A stretch of 64,000 nucleotides of DNA from Ophelia neglecta (lineage: Eukaryota): positions 43,772,001 through 43,836,000 of the forward strand of contig OZ260667.1 of the NCBI GenBank assembly GCA_965285935.1, given 5' to 3'. This document shows positions 49,778 to 63,542 of the stretch, piece by piece. The number at the start of each line of letters is the position of its first letter. The stretch's first letter is position 1. The translations under genes were made by a program, and so were the position numbers. A model generated the notes under the pieces. The model saw only the letters and a program-made list of their open reading frames with translations. It was not told where the DNA came from and did no database searches.

Positions 49778-52069
49778 ACATTATAAAAAGTGATTGATAC
49801 AGAGTATGCAGGCCAGACACTTGTTTTCGCATTTGCGAACAGTGTACCTACCTATACTAGCCAATCCAAGGATTTATTTTGGGCATCCTACATCCTATCC
49901 TTATAAACTATGTTATGTCTTTGGATTATTAAACGATGAAATCTTTAAAACCTAATTTGTATCTCATTTCAAGAATAAGGAGTTACTTAGGTAGAAAATG
50001 TGCAATGGTTTTCATATTGTGGTCATAGGAGTAGGCTCCAACGTGACCCAATTGGGTAAAGCCATGGCGTCAAACCGGTAACGTTATACCGTTCGCAAAC
50101 AATTAAAAATCATTGGAATGATCGAAATCCTCTTACATTAATATAAATCATTCACGAACATTTAATATTAGTTAAACTTTTTAACTGAAGAAGGCACCGT
50201 ATTCAATTGTTTTTTCCGTAACCATGCCAGAAATAACTATATTTGAATTAAATATTTTTTAAATGTTCAAGAGCTTTTTCTATGGCATCAAGCAAACTAT
50301 GAAAATCTCTAGATGGTCTGATTATCAATATTCAAATTTTAAAAATAGTTTCCCGCATTTATCACATTCATGACATCATTTAAACTAATTGAGCTCTTGA
50401 AGTACCTTAGCTATGAAAAATTAGAACATGGAGTTTCTTCCAAAGTCTTTCATGTTTGGGCGATCAGAGACTCATTTTAAAAAATTACGCGAAATTCTAA
50501 GGGTATTGCGCTTTGAATAAATTTACGATTGAATTAACCTCAAATGGGCCTACTTGTAAAAAGTCGATGCAAACCATTTCACAGCTCATTGTCAACTGTG
50601 TTTTTATCGCAAAATATCGTACAATCCTAGCTTCTCAGTGGACATTCTATCTTATGCGTGTTCTAACTTATAAAATGACTTATGAGAATTGCAAAGTTTC
50701 ACAGGGGCGTATGTTACCATGACAACAGTACGTTCATCACACTAAGCGTACTCGTAATATCGCTGACAGGGTCATAGACAGGACAACCAAGATGATATCA
50801 CGTAGAAAATGAAGCCCCAACTTTACCATTATATGTTCTTACGGTTTATTGTCAAACACACTGACTTTACACGCAGACATTAATTTACAACCGAGATCAA
50901 ATTCAAACTACAGAATTCAATCTACAGAATAATGCAATTAACATAAATATTATAAATATTAAGCAAAATAAAATTTTAATATCATGGACACCTGTTTACT
51001 CTCTAAATGGATACATATTTGCATACTATCAAAACAATACATAGATCCATAAGTGATGAATAATACAATATAGCATAAAACATATTGTGCACAGGAAACA
51101 AAGGTCGTACACACATACACATACACACACACATACAATAAAGACGTGTATCTAAATCATTGAAAAAAAGTATAACGATATAAGAGTACACTTTGAATTG
51201 AACAAACATTACAACTAATGAGCTTATTTGTTGCCAATTAAATGTCGGCTTGAAAATGGTATTACATAATAAAGTTAATAGTTAGACCTCGTTGCAACAC
51301 TCGTACTAATCTGGACCCAAGCCACAACGACGATGTATAATAATACCTGCAATTTACACAAAATACACACACATACAAATGAACACTCCCATACTACACA
51401 TATACTGGGCACTTCAGCTTTCAGCTAGAATTCCTTCTAATACACTATCGACCACTGGGAATAACTGATCTCTCTGGCGCTATCTTCCTTGATGAACTAC
51501 AGTAATACGTGTTTAAAGAGGACGAACGCACGCTAATAATAATTTAACATCGACTAAGAAAATGGTGACAAGATCATATATTTGAAATGATCATCCACAT
51601 TGGAAAGGGTTTATCAGTTTGTATTAATCTAACAGATTAATACGGATAAATAGTTAATACCTGGCAGAATGCACATTTATTTATCATGATTCAAAGCTAA
51701 TCAACAATCACTGAATGCATTTCCTGACATGTCATTAAAGCTAAGGGGTTGTAGGTTGGGCTGGTTCCTCACATGGTGTGTAAGTATGCTCCTTCTGTAT
51801 TGCCGGTAGATGGGACTGAGCAGATTGGAACCACAATTCAAATTTCATTTTGACAGTTGCCAGAGCTTAGCCTTTGCTCCAAATATTCTATCGAAACGAA
51901 AAGGGTGCTTCATACCAATGTATATGACACAAAAAAGTACTGGAAAAAGTGACAATTAAAAAACACAAGCTACTTAAGCGATTTAACAAAATCGTGGGTG
52001 CAGTTTGCATGTTTTGATTGTTCACATGTGTATTATTTCTATCTATATCGTTCCCAGCACATTTACAAA

Positions 52070-55000
52070 TCAAGCCATTTTCGGAAGTGGTTTGTGGAAA
52101 TTTTCTTTTCCTATCAACCAATACGTCAATACATTTCCCTTGCCCTGCAAGCATAAAGTTATCATTGTATAACTTTTATTTTCGACGAATTCTTCTAATC
52201 ATGCCAATCTATCATACACACAACATAGATTATCAGTCAAGTTTAGTTCAAAGTTAACATTTCAGTGAGGCTTTACATGAGGTCATTACAACTCAGGTGT
52301 GTAGTCAATATCACCATCCTCCCCATGTGGAACCATTACATTAACTTTTCGGAGATAGTATTGTCGTACAGTAATAATTAGCACACTCAAACTGAAGGTA
52401 CAGATTAACACCATACCTTAATTGGTATTTGGCCTCTCTCGACCGTGTGGTATTCTGGATATTTTGAAAGAGCAGCTTGGGCGTCACTGCTCAGATGGAT
52501 CCTCAGTCCTGAAACGAGTGTTCCATTATTTACCAATATTGTATCCCTTTTTTGGGCACTGTTGCGCCTTGACCTTCTCTTTCGCCGTCCCTTTGATGTG
52601 AGCTAAAGTTTTGACCCCATAAATAGTTTTAATGTTTAGATATATGACCCCATAATAAGATATAATGTAGAGTTTTGATCCCTTAAATTCGGACTTCACT
52701 GTAGTCTATTTTATTTTTAAATTGACAGAGTGTCTCGCTTATCAATGTTCCTGGGTAAAGGGGTACCGTTTGTTTTCAAAATATTTTTTCATTTTCAATC
52801 ACTCAGTGGCTCTAAATGTTTACACACATTTGAGTTTCACAAAAACACACGATAACGTATGCCACATTTATTGATATACTTTTGCCTGCTATATTGGAAA
52901 ATCTGCATGTTACATGTATGTCGAAATTTTGACTGCCTCGTTTTGGCAGGTCGTCCGCTATCTTTATAGAAAACATTGTCCCAAATCATGAATAATCCAT
53001 CGCGAAACGGAACATATAATAATTTACAATTCATTTATGTGTTAACATATAGGCCAGAGACGTTTTGGCGCCAGGTCTGCATAGCTTATCATAGTTGCCA
53101 AATGGCTTTGCATTGTTGATGCAAATAGAAATGTGTTTCTTCTCACCTTCTCCATTCGATTCCATCCTGGACGCCACGTTGACAGTGTCACCAAATAGAC
53201 AGTATCGAGGCATTGCTAATCCCACCACGCCTATGCATTCGAAAATTAAGAGAAGAACTGTAAGCTGCACTTAGATTTTCTTTGCACTAAAGGTAAATCA
53301 TTGTCCAATACCTTAATTATGGTGCATATATATGTGTTCCTTCACCACGAAATATAAGTCACTTTGATCGTGGAGACTTTATACCGAGAAAACAGGTTCA
53401 ATATACACATAACGTTTTTTATTCAAAAAAATTCGACTACGACCGGTTGGCATTTCTTCACTATCAACAAGTTTGAGAAAATCACACATATGCCACCTGA
53501 TGACGTTAGTGACCACGCCCCTAATTTGTAATGTACGTTTAAAGCGGATGCGAAGAAAAAGGTATATAAGGATTACGATTATTACCCAAGTTTTATATAA
53601 TATTTTGATATATGTACAGATGACTAGCAAATGAGAGACTCGCAGCCATTCTCTTAATATTCTTTCCCACCAATCTCCCAGATGACATATTTACAGTACA
53701 GTTTATCGAACCCCTCTGTCTTTGGGCTACCATTCAGTAGCGCGACGTTTTGATCTACATGTATATCCACAAAAACAGTGCAAACTATATGTGTTTTTTC
53801 CCCTGTCTTGTATAGAGTGTCGTACCTGCAGCACAACCTCCGGTATGGATCCCTACTCTCAGTTTAAGCTTCTCCTCGGGTCGGTGGCGTATTTTGAACG
53901 TGGTAATTTCGCTGAGCAGGTCCAATGCCATGTGGGCGATCTCGGCGATGTGCCGAGATCCATTCTTCTTGGGCAGACCGCTCACTACCATGTAAGCATC
54001 ACCAATGGTCTCCACCTAAAACCAATACGCAGGAAATAACATACATCACAAACAACACTTTCAATTTGTGCTGGAACCTATCAAATGACCATGTACTAGG
54101 GCACGACCCTCTTCAGATACGTATCAACATTTGCTTTTAATTTCTTTAATAATTGAGCTATCTTTGGCTAACACGTCTATTATAGTACACTCTACCTTGT
54201 AAACGTCATGGGTGGCTATGGTGCCATCGAATGCTGTGTAAAGGTCATTTAAAAGATTCACAATTTCCATGGGGGTACTCTCGCTGGAGAGGGAGGTAAA
54301 ACCGACGATATCACTAAAACAAATAGAGACTTCATCGCACAGTTCAGGCTCCACCAGCTGACCTTTCTTCAACTTATCGGCCACACTCCTGATGATTGAA
54401 ATCAAATAAACACATATATGAAATAACAACATAAAATAATACGTTGAGCGAATACACTGTATTAAGCTAATGGAAAAAACTAGCCTATGTATATTTAAAA
54501 CACCGGGATTGGATATAGGTAGAAAGTATGTGTGCAGTTAATGTTAGTAATAATGAAAAATTAGCAAAAAATATGTACATTTATATTCGCTTTTTGTTTA
54601 CAATTTAAACCTTATATCTATTGCTAGGTAATTTTAATATGTTTCTGTGTATACCAGGGTGCCAATAAATGTATATATAATACACGCCTTTAGCAATGAT
54701 GGAATCCTATAAAGGATTCCAATAGGCTTAAGCAGAGTCAATGTACGATTGACGACTCTCTTTCGGATTATTCGTGTATGAGTTCTAGTTCCAATGTTTT
54801 AACACCTATGCGCAGTAAATGACTGCAGTGTCTGCGAGTGATCTGTTCCGCTCACACTAGAGCTATAGAGACCATTTGCCCCTGCATCACACTGATATAA
54901 CATTGAATGTAGTGGATGCATGGATTCAGTCCCAATGTAAGCATAACTGATTCACTTTTTTGTCTGTGTTTGTTTGCATTTTTACATATGTAACATTATA

Positions 55001-58000
55001 TCTCATTATCGACGAGATTTAATACCCTTTCCTCCATAGTATGTAAGGAGCTTTTACATCGAATTATCATGCACTTTGGTCTTGGGTTTATTGAGACAAT
55101 TTCATCTTTAGTCTCTTAACTTATGACAGAACATAAACCATCATACGTTCTCATCCGGCATATATCCTGCTAGTCCTACGTTAACCATTGTATAGTTTGT
55201 TTTAAACCCTGATTCGTATCATGATCAAATATGGACTATTTCTCATTGCAAGGGAGATTCATTTTATGTTTTCATATTAAATTTTAGATAATATGCTGTT
55301 TGGAGCTGGGTATTGAGGTATGTGAGTTTTTAGCAGGTGTTTCCTTAACTATTCTTGATTCATGAGTTTTCTTTTATCTGTCGGGTACTCACTCCTTTGA
55401 CTTGATAAGATTTACATCTGTACTAAGACATATGTTTAACTCACGGAGGTAACATTCTGTAGAGGAGACTGTCAGTTTTCTTCTTCTCGTCTATCAGAGC
55501 GGATGTTCGCTGGGCCACAATGTCTTCCAAATTACCGGCATATTTCTCCAGCTTATTTATCATACTTTCCACTATGTTCAAGGCTCTGAACAGGAATATG
55601 AAAGTGGAGATAACCCTAGCGTTCAATTATATTATACACGGCCCGAAATTGAAAACAACAAGGACATATTCATTAAAGAAAAAGATTAATGATATGTTTT
55701 CAATAAAAAGTGTGCTTTCCACTTACTTTCCCTGATTCATCTTTCTCAGTGTGTATTTTATTTGCTTGAATGTCGGCCGATTGCCTGGTTCCTGAACCCA
55801 ACAGGTTTGCATCAATGTCTTAGCTGCGTTTATAGCTAGTAAGTTTTTATCGTGGCAGGAATAGTCATTCGGCAAACAAGGCCGAAACGTTCCCCCTCCG
55901 GTCTCCCGCAACTTACCTATTATGTCTAAAACAAAGGAACCTCGCGTTCAGACATGTTAATATGTCAGACACTACCATCGTTGGACTCGTATACAATCGG
56001 TAAGATTTCTTTCTAGACTGTTGTATAAAAGTAGTATGCACCTTTGGGTGTAAGTATACCGGGTTCAGCAAAGTATGGCATGGCACGATAAAGAATTTCC
56101 TGCAATATGATCGCAAAGGAGTAGACATCGCCTGCAGGTGTCCCTTTAAGAAAACGACACACATAAAAGCAGGAACAAAGCGCACATATAGGCATACTGT
56201 ATTTGATTAGGTAACATATGGACTTCAAATAAACCGGACAAATACATAATTACACAATAAAAAGTCTCTCTGGGTATGACCTTAATTAGTCATAATTAAG
56301 ACCCCTTTTTTTATACAAAAGTCGTAGAGTTGCCCCTAAATTTACCTATGGTGCAAGGTGTTTTCATGTTATGCTTTTCACCCAATGGCCAAAACTTTAC
56401 TTACCGATCCGTAGTAAAGATATCTATTCTAGAACAAGCAAGACATTGAACATAGCAACATACCGGCAAGTGGTGGCCGTTCACACTGTAACAACTCGGG
56501 AGCAGTCCATAATTGCTTCCGGTACTGAGCATATTCCGATTGCTGCTCCTTGAGGCGTTTGGTTTTGAACGCAGTCAGACCAAAGTTAGATAATTTAAGA
56601 ATCCAGCGAGAATCGACCAAGCAGTTCGAACTCTTCAGACATCCGTGTGATATAAGTGGAGAGTCGTGCAGGTAACACATACCCTAGATGAAAGGCATTT
56701 ATAACCTTCAGTAACCGCGGCTGTTTCGATTATACAATGAATATTTAAATAGGGAAATTCGGACTTGGCTTCAAATTAATAAAACTCACGCTGAATAAAA
56801 ACTTGAGTTTGTGGTTTCCCATCAAACAAAGAAAATTCAAATTAATGATAAGCTACTAATCAGGGGTCACAAAATCGTCATCGTTGAATCGAATAAATTG
56901 AATTGAAAATTGAAATAAAATAAAATTCCCATTTTTCAATATATAGTTTTTTCATTCATTAAAAATATGTCGATTATTCGGTGTCTTTCAGTTGACCAAA
57001 ACGATGGCAAAGAATCACAGTATTAGATTTAAAAATAATATTAAGATCTCACGTTTACGATATCATTCACGAGAGAAGATTTGAACATCCAATCCAGTTT
57101 CACCTCTTCGTTCTCTAGTATATCCTTATTGGTAAAACGAATATATTACTTCAGTACAAAAATGCGATAAAGTGAATGTGCTCATGTGGATATATGCGCG
57201 ACAATCTAAAAGACTTAATATAATGATGATAGCAAATATTTTATTTAGCATATATTTTTAAAGGGCTATATACTTTTCAAATCTAGACATAGACATTTAA
57301 TCTATTGCTGTGCCCTTCTATAATCAGTGGCGTAGGAAGCGGGGGGGGGGGGGGGGGGCCGGGGGGTCCATGGCCCCCCACTTTTTTAAGTGGGGGGGCC
57401 ATCATATGTTTTGCCCCCCCCCCCCCACTTTCTAATGATGACATTCTCACTTTTTGCCCTCTAAAAATGGTGTAATGCAGCAATGGTCAATTATCACATA
57501 GTTACCTGTGGGCAGGTTATTTACAAACCCATTACACACCCAATAATTGGATTTATTCAATGTTTTTTGGCATGTAAAGATCAATGTACAGTGGCGTAGG
57601 AAGCGGGGTGGGGGTGGGGGTGGGGCGGAGGGCCATGCCATCATATGTTTTGCCCCCCCCCCCCCCCCCACTTTTTATGCCGCTGATGTAAAATTGCCCC
57701 CCTCACTTTGATTTTTCTTCCTACGCCTCTGATAATGCGTACTAAATTCTGTACCCAGTTAACTAAAAGTTGTGTTCCGATTTTCATGCATCTGTATTGG
57801 TAAAATTTTGTCGTCTAGATCTAGTGCATTCTGATTTTTCCCTTGATGAGCTTCCGCTTCCTATGCTCGCAGCGACGTAATATTCACCAGAGGTTGCAAC
57901 CATGTTATTAGGCCTTTTGATTACAACTTTAAGCGGGCCTAAGTACATGTCCAGACCCGAACCTTCACCATCTATCGCTACTCTTTAGTAGAGGGCGGGA

Positions 58001-61000
58001 ATTAGATGCAGGACTAGATAGACCCAACTACTATTCTGTTTCCGTAGAATAAATGCCTGGGTTTAACTTTTAGTGTATAAACGGCTAAGAGTTGGAGATG
58101 TGTCAACAACGATTGTGACCTATGTATATTTCGCGGAAAAAATTGTTTACCCACCAAAGGCTACATATGCTGTCAACTGGCTGATGCGATGCTGGATACC
58201 GCCAGACAATCCCGAGTTAGTAGGATAGTCCAGGCCTAGCACGTGCAATGTACATCATTCTTTATTTGATCTGATCACCTAGGCCCTTTCCTTTTACTGA
58301 TCCTTGTCAGGTCTTATAGTTTTCCTTGTGATATGTCATCTCGCCCATTATTTTAAATGCATAAGACAAAGAAGGGCGTGTTTTTGAGCCAGTATATATT
58401 GAGGTACCTCGATCGTGATTTCTGGCTGATTTAAAGGACAATTCGTGACTAATGGGATAAATTCGTTTGCAGGGAATCCTATATGGGATTTTACTTTTTT
58501 ATTGTAAAAAGTTATGAAATAGCTTTATTGTACAGTGTTTTATCAATTTTCATTGCAAAAGTATTAAAGTTGATTCTGGAATTTGTTAAGTGAATAGCCA
58601 TAAGGTGATTAACCTGTAGACTGCCTCTTGTACAGTAATGACCGAGAGTACAAACTCGCGGCAAGTCAATGCAGGCTCCGGCAAAAGGGTTGACATTGTC
58701 ATGGGACATCTCTTTCATCTACAATAGAATACAGGTATTAAGTGATTTTTGAAAAACATGCCCCATCTAACTACAGAATACATTAACATCATGCACTAAC
58801 TCAAATTGACACCAATAGGCCAATATGTTGTCTGAACATTTTCAGGTTCATTTTAACAGCTTGGCTATTTATTTATTTTGTACATAACTTGAAGCCGTCG
58901 CCGACCTTTTTGTTATTTTCATCACATGCAATGGAATGAACATGGACTTTTATACAGTACATTTATATATTTAAACACATATTCTACTGCCGGGATGCAT
59001 CAGTTATGCTCCATCATTGACCTACCAGGGAGTTAACATTACACTGTAAAACGTCCTTTGGAATTATGTATATTTGCGCCGTGGTAAACTCGTAGCGGCT
59101 AGTTACATGAATGGTATATATTGAATTTGGCTTTCTGAATGAAATTGGTTGAAACTGGTTGCAGGGGTGGCGCCGTATTGGGGCATTTCCCCGAAACCAA
59201 CATCAATTGTTTTCTACCATTTTCTCAAAACAAACTTAAGTGTAAATTGTAGTTGTATGAACTGAAGAAGAAATACTTAAGGTATCACTTAAGTGTCAAT
59301 TAGAATGTTATATATTTACACAATTGCTTATTGATTGCATTAAAAAATTATATTATTGGAAGAGGAAGCTGCATACAGCTTATTTAAGCATAAAAAAATT
59401 CACTGCAATTAATAAGGAATTGCGCAGATATATAACATTCTAATTGACACATATGCCCCATCTGGGATCGTTGTTACAGTGGCTGAAGGAGGTTAAGTGT
59501 GTGTTGCTATTGAAAACGTTTACCCACCACTTTTAACTGTACGAGGTCAGACCTTGTCAGATCGAGACGTTCTCTTACGGTGTACGTTTTGACAGCCACA
59601 AGAATGTCTGAAAATACATGGCACACAAAGTACATAAGAATTTAGTACATAAGAATTTATAAATATCAGAAAATGGAAGCTATTTTATAGGATGGTTGTA
59701 CAATCTAAGAACTGGCATGCTTTATTAGTTGTTAACATTCCCCCACTTTTCGCCTTGCCTTTGTAAAATGCCGTTTTTGTGTAGAGTTGAGTGTGTCCTG
59801 CACCAGGGAGTGAGTTACAATCTGCGCTATTCTCTGGGTGCTCACTCCCAGCAGTTCTCAAACTCATGGCCGACTAAAAAAATAGAAATTCTGCATATTA
59901 ACATGCGTGGACAAATGAAAATGTTTCAATTTCACAGGAATAAGGATATCAATTTATAAAAGATAAATGTCGTATAAAAGAATCTTCTATTCAGCACCGT
60001 TTAGCATAAACAATGTTGAAAACGTTTGCTTAGATTTTATAAAATCTTTTGATATAGGTATTTGCTGGACGACAATACGATCGTGCCTCTTACCACACTT
60101 CCAACACGATTTTTTGTGAATTGTAGATCTTCATATGATACACGCCAAATCATCCGCTGTAGTTCTTCTTCTTGTTTCTTTTTTCTACAAAAATTAAAAT
60201 TACATTTGTTCACTCTGATGAAAATAACCATACTAGGAATCATTAATGCTTAGATCGTAACGCCTTCGGGTCGAAAAGACAACATCTTGCTATCATTGCA
60301 TTAGTAAAATTAACATCATGTTGCATTGGCGCCATTGTCTTTTGAATGATCAACCCACCGTATTTTCGTATACAAAATGATGGCAAAAACTGTTGAGGCA
60401 AAGACAATTCCAAAACACGAGCCTATGGCGGTGTTCCGCGCTGAAACAACAGAAAAATATATATGTTGATATTAAAGAATCTGGCCCTGGGGTTACTGAT
60501 AACATTATGAAACATCTCAACAAATATATTATATATTTCTAAATTCCTTTTGATATGACCTATAATTTTACTAACTTATGCTTAAGAAATATCAATAGTA
60601 ACGGATTATACTGGTGTTACTGACTGCTATGGTCTACTGGACATTTCTCCGAATTTAAGCCACACAAGGGGACGTCCGGTGGGGGTCTCCCGTCAGGTGT
60701 CCTCCAATAAGGCTGCTCCAATTCGTCAATATACTACGATAAAGTCAATTTGTTATAATATTGTTATTGTAATACATAACTTAAATCCCTAACAAAAGTG
60801 TAACCATTCGTAAAGAATAGGAAAAGTTTCCGCAGGGGGGAATATTTGTGTTTATGAACGGATAATGTTTAAGATTTTCGAAATCGGTTCTTGTCGTTAT
60901 ACTCTTGCTCATTTAGGTCTGCCGCAGACGACATTTCGCTGTCCAATGATTTGTCGCTGAAGTCGTTTGTCCGGCATTCTGTGGTGCTCGTTATCTTATT

Positions 61001-63542
61001 TTGTTATTAAAACAAACTAATAAACTTTAAAACAAATATTAATCCAAGGGATCAAAAATGCTTAAAAATATGTAAATTATAGGCCTATTACTATTCTTTC
61101 GAACGATATCAAAGTAATTGATACGTGGCGAGTGAGGAATTCGCGTGATAGTCTTTTCTCTCATAGACAACTGTTCTCGATCTTCGTTATGTTTGGCTTG
61201 CAACAATAGTGGAAAATAATTGATATATGCAATTGATTAAACGCTTAAACGATTTATGTAAATCCCATGCAATAAGTATGATCATTATGATGTCGGTCGA
61301 ATGTGGGTCATATTTTTCTTGTAAAATGTGCCGATAAAAAGTTATTAAGTATTAATAGCAATCAAATAACCTTAATTAGTTTGTTTTTTTCTATTAATTC
61401 GAAAGAGCATTTATATCATCGAAGATGCTCATCACTTATAAAAGCAATGATACTTAGAATACAATCGGGATAAAGCATTACCTTTCCCGTTGTTGACAAA
61501 TGTCGGACGTAGGCATACGGCTTATATTTATCCCCTCCCGTGTATTGCAGGATCCAAAACTCAGGAGATCTATCTCCGTTGTCATTTAATATCACTTGAC
61601 CTGTCGCCCCTAAAATAATAAGATTTATTTCGATCTCATACCGTGATACTTTGAAGTTCTCCATGTTTTAATGCATTATTCTATATTAAAGTAATGTAAT
61701 ATATAAGGTTCTATTAAAACAAACTAGCCTGAAAATGTTATTTTCCTTGCCCTCTCAGACACGTACGTGCCATTGAGAAAGTCTTTTCTCGTACCGCCTT
61801 CTTGTAATATATCACCAACCACCGACAGGTAGAGATAGGTCAGATCTTCCAGATACATAATAGTGACGTGAATCTACAAGGAAATACATTTGTCTTAAAA
61901 TGGTTAGATCACGAATTAGCTGCTTTAGGACAAACAACTCTCCAAGCGATTTACTTATAAAAACATAATATAAATGTGATAAATGAACGAATCAACATGT
62001 GTCGAGGCATTTGGATCAATCCGTCGGTATTATCGTAAATACCGGTTTTTTAATCTCATGTCTTCTATTTTTCAAACAGAAATGTCAGAAATAAATCAAT
62101 GAAATGGGTTGTATATTACAATCAAGTGCCCACCGGTTCAGTATATGAAATGTTCCACCTTTGGTTGGCTTCTGCCCGAATGCGGTCTACATAATATCGA
62201 GTAGAAGTATCCGTCATGTCTGCTATGGTCACCTACAGGCAGTTTAAAGATACACTCAGCGAACATTTTGATTAAGTAATAATAAGGTACAAAATCTTAA
62301 TGCTAATAATGTTCTTCTGTCACATACACCCCGAAATGAGTCAAATATCGGCAGGCGTTAGAATGTGCCAGGGTTAAGGAGTGGGGGAGGAGGATGGAGG
62401 ATTTTAAAATTTGACTACAAGAACAAGATGTACACAAAACATGGCACACAATATAACCCACTACTAACGTGTCGTATTTGACTCTTTAAAAATATAAAAT
62501 ATGTTTTATGTCCGTTTGACATTGCTTTGCCTGCGTTCCTATTTTCGACCGTATATGCTGAATTTATTACGCGAAGAACAAAGACATCATAATCGCAGTG
62601 TCAAACAAAATTAATGCAAAAATAAATATACTAAAAGGTGAATCTTTTGATTTATCTTCAACTTGTGTAGTCATCGTATACCTTATGCTATAAGCCCTCT
62701 CATATAGTGGGCTATGGGTCTATCGTGTGCCGTGTTGGTTGACAAATCTTTTAGGTCACAAGGCTACTTTCTCCATATTTATTTATATCGGCGACACTGA
62801 TTGCTAGCTTCTATAAGCATGATAACTATATTATGGGCAAAATAATAGAGGCACACAAGCAAAAATATATTAAGATTTAAACAAACATGGCAGAATGGAT
62901 TTCTGTAGCTGATTGGACCTATAACTGATTGGACCACGACGTTAAAAAACATGACATGTTCCACATATATTTGGAAGAGAAAGAGCAAAGGAGCATGGTT
63001 GTGCAATGAAACCTTTTACGATTTAATATCAAGGTTTATAGCTACTGAGAGTGACAGACGTGCGATTATTTTGATCTACATCGACTTCCAGATTTCTGAG
63101 TAATATGTTTAGCATTGTTGATCCGCCATTCATCCATAAAGGTTGAAGTATACAGTGGTCTACTTCAAATCGCACTGTATCTCTGTCTCAACAGGACGTA
63201 AGGTGCAAGCTTTTGTACATCCCGTGGAAGAAAGCTACGGTCAAACGAACGCTCCCCACCGCCACCCACCCCACCCCCCACCCCCATCCTCATACGCCAC
63301 CACCTTTTCGTGGTCAATCGACAATATATTTACCTCTTTCATGGCATAAAAAGCCTTTTTACTCTCGGCCACTTCCGCATCCGTCTGATTACCTCCTGTC
63401 AGCCATGGAGAATCAAGGAACGTGTACAAAGGAGGTTGCAACGAAAAAAGCAAATACACGAAGTCGTTTCCTGTCATTCCATTTTTATGCGCCCGCATCA
63501 TCAGCTTCCGGATGTGTTCATCGCCGTGACATAAAATGAAGA
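52070..63542 (-). CDS. Receptor-type guanylyl cyclase paralogue B; 5' exons lie beyond the right edge of the window
   Basis: Exons 5'->3': 63542-63334, 62232-62134, 61873-61729, 61609-61482, 60733-60625, 60440-60359, 60184-60094, 59873-59759, 59607-59528, 58718-58614, 57124-57053, 56683-56464, 56143-56042, 55925-55727, 55585-55445, 54388-54196, 54015-53826, 53230-53147, 52508-52417, 52144-52070 (ends ...KPLPKMA*). Cyclase motifs [36 protein letters not shown] and KGKG..TYWL contain both metal-binding Asp, the GTP-specificity Glu/Cys and the catalytic Asn/Arg. Exon sizes match paralogue A. Confidence 0.96.
57325..57731. mobile_element. MITE with CAGTGGCGTAGGAAG termini and an internally duplicated left arm
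   Basis: Left TIR at 57325 and again at 57589. Right TIR CTTCCTACGCCTCTG ends at 57731. Long G/C runs. ATAAT flanks both outer ends. Confidence 0.7.

Noticed and set aside
50845-50850. Minus-strand AATAAA as the rGC-B polyadenylation signal
   Set aside because: Plausible, but it is one of several candidates in AT-rich DNA and cannot be chosen without transcript data.
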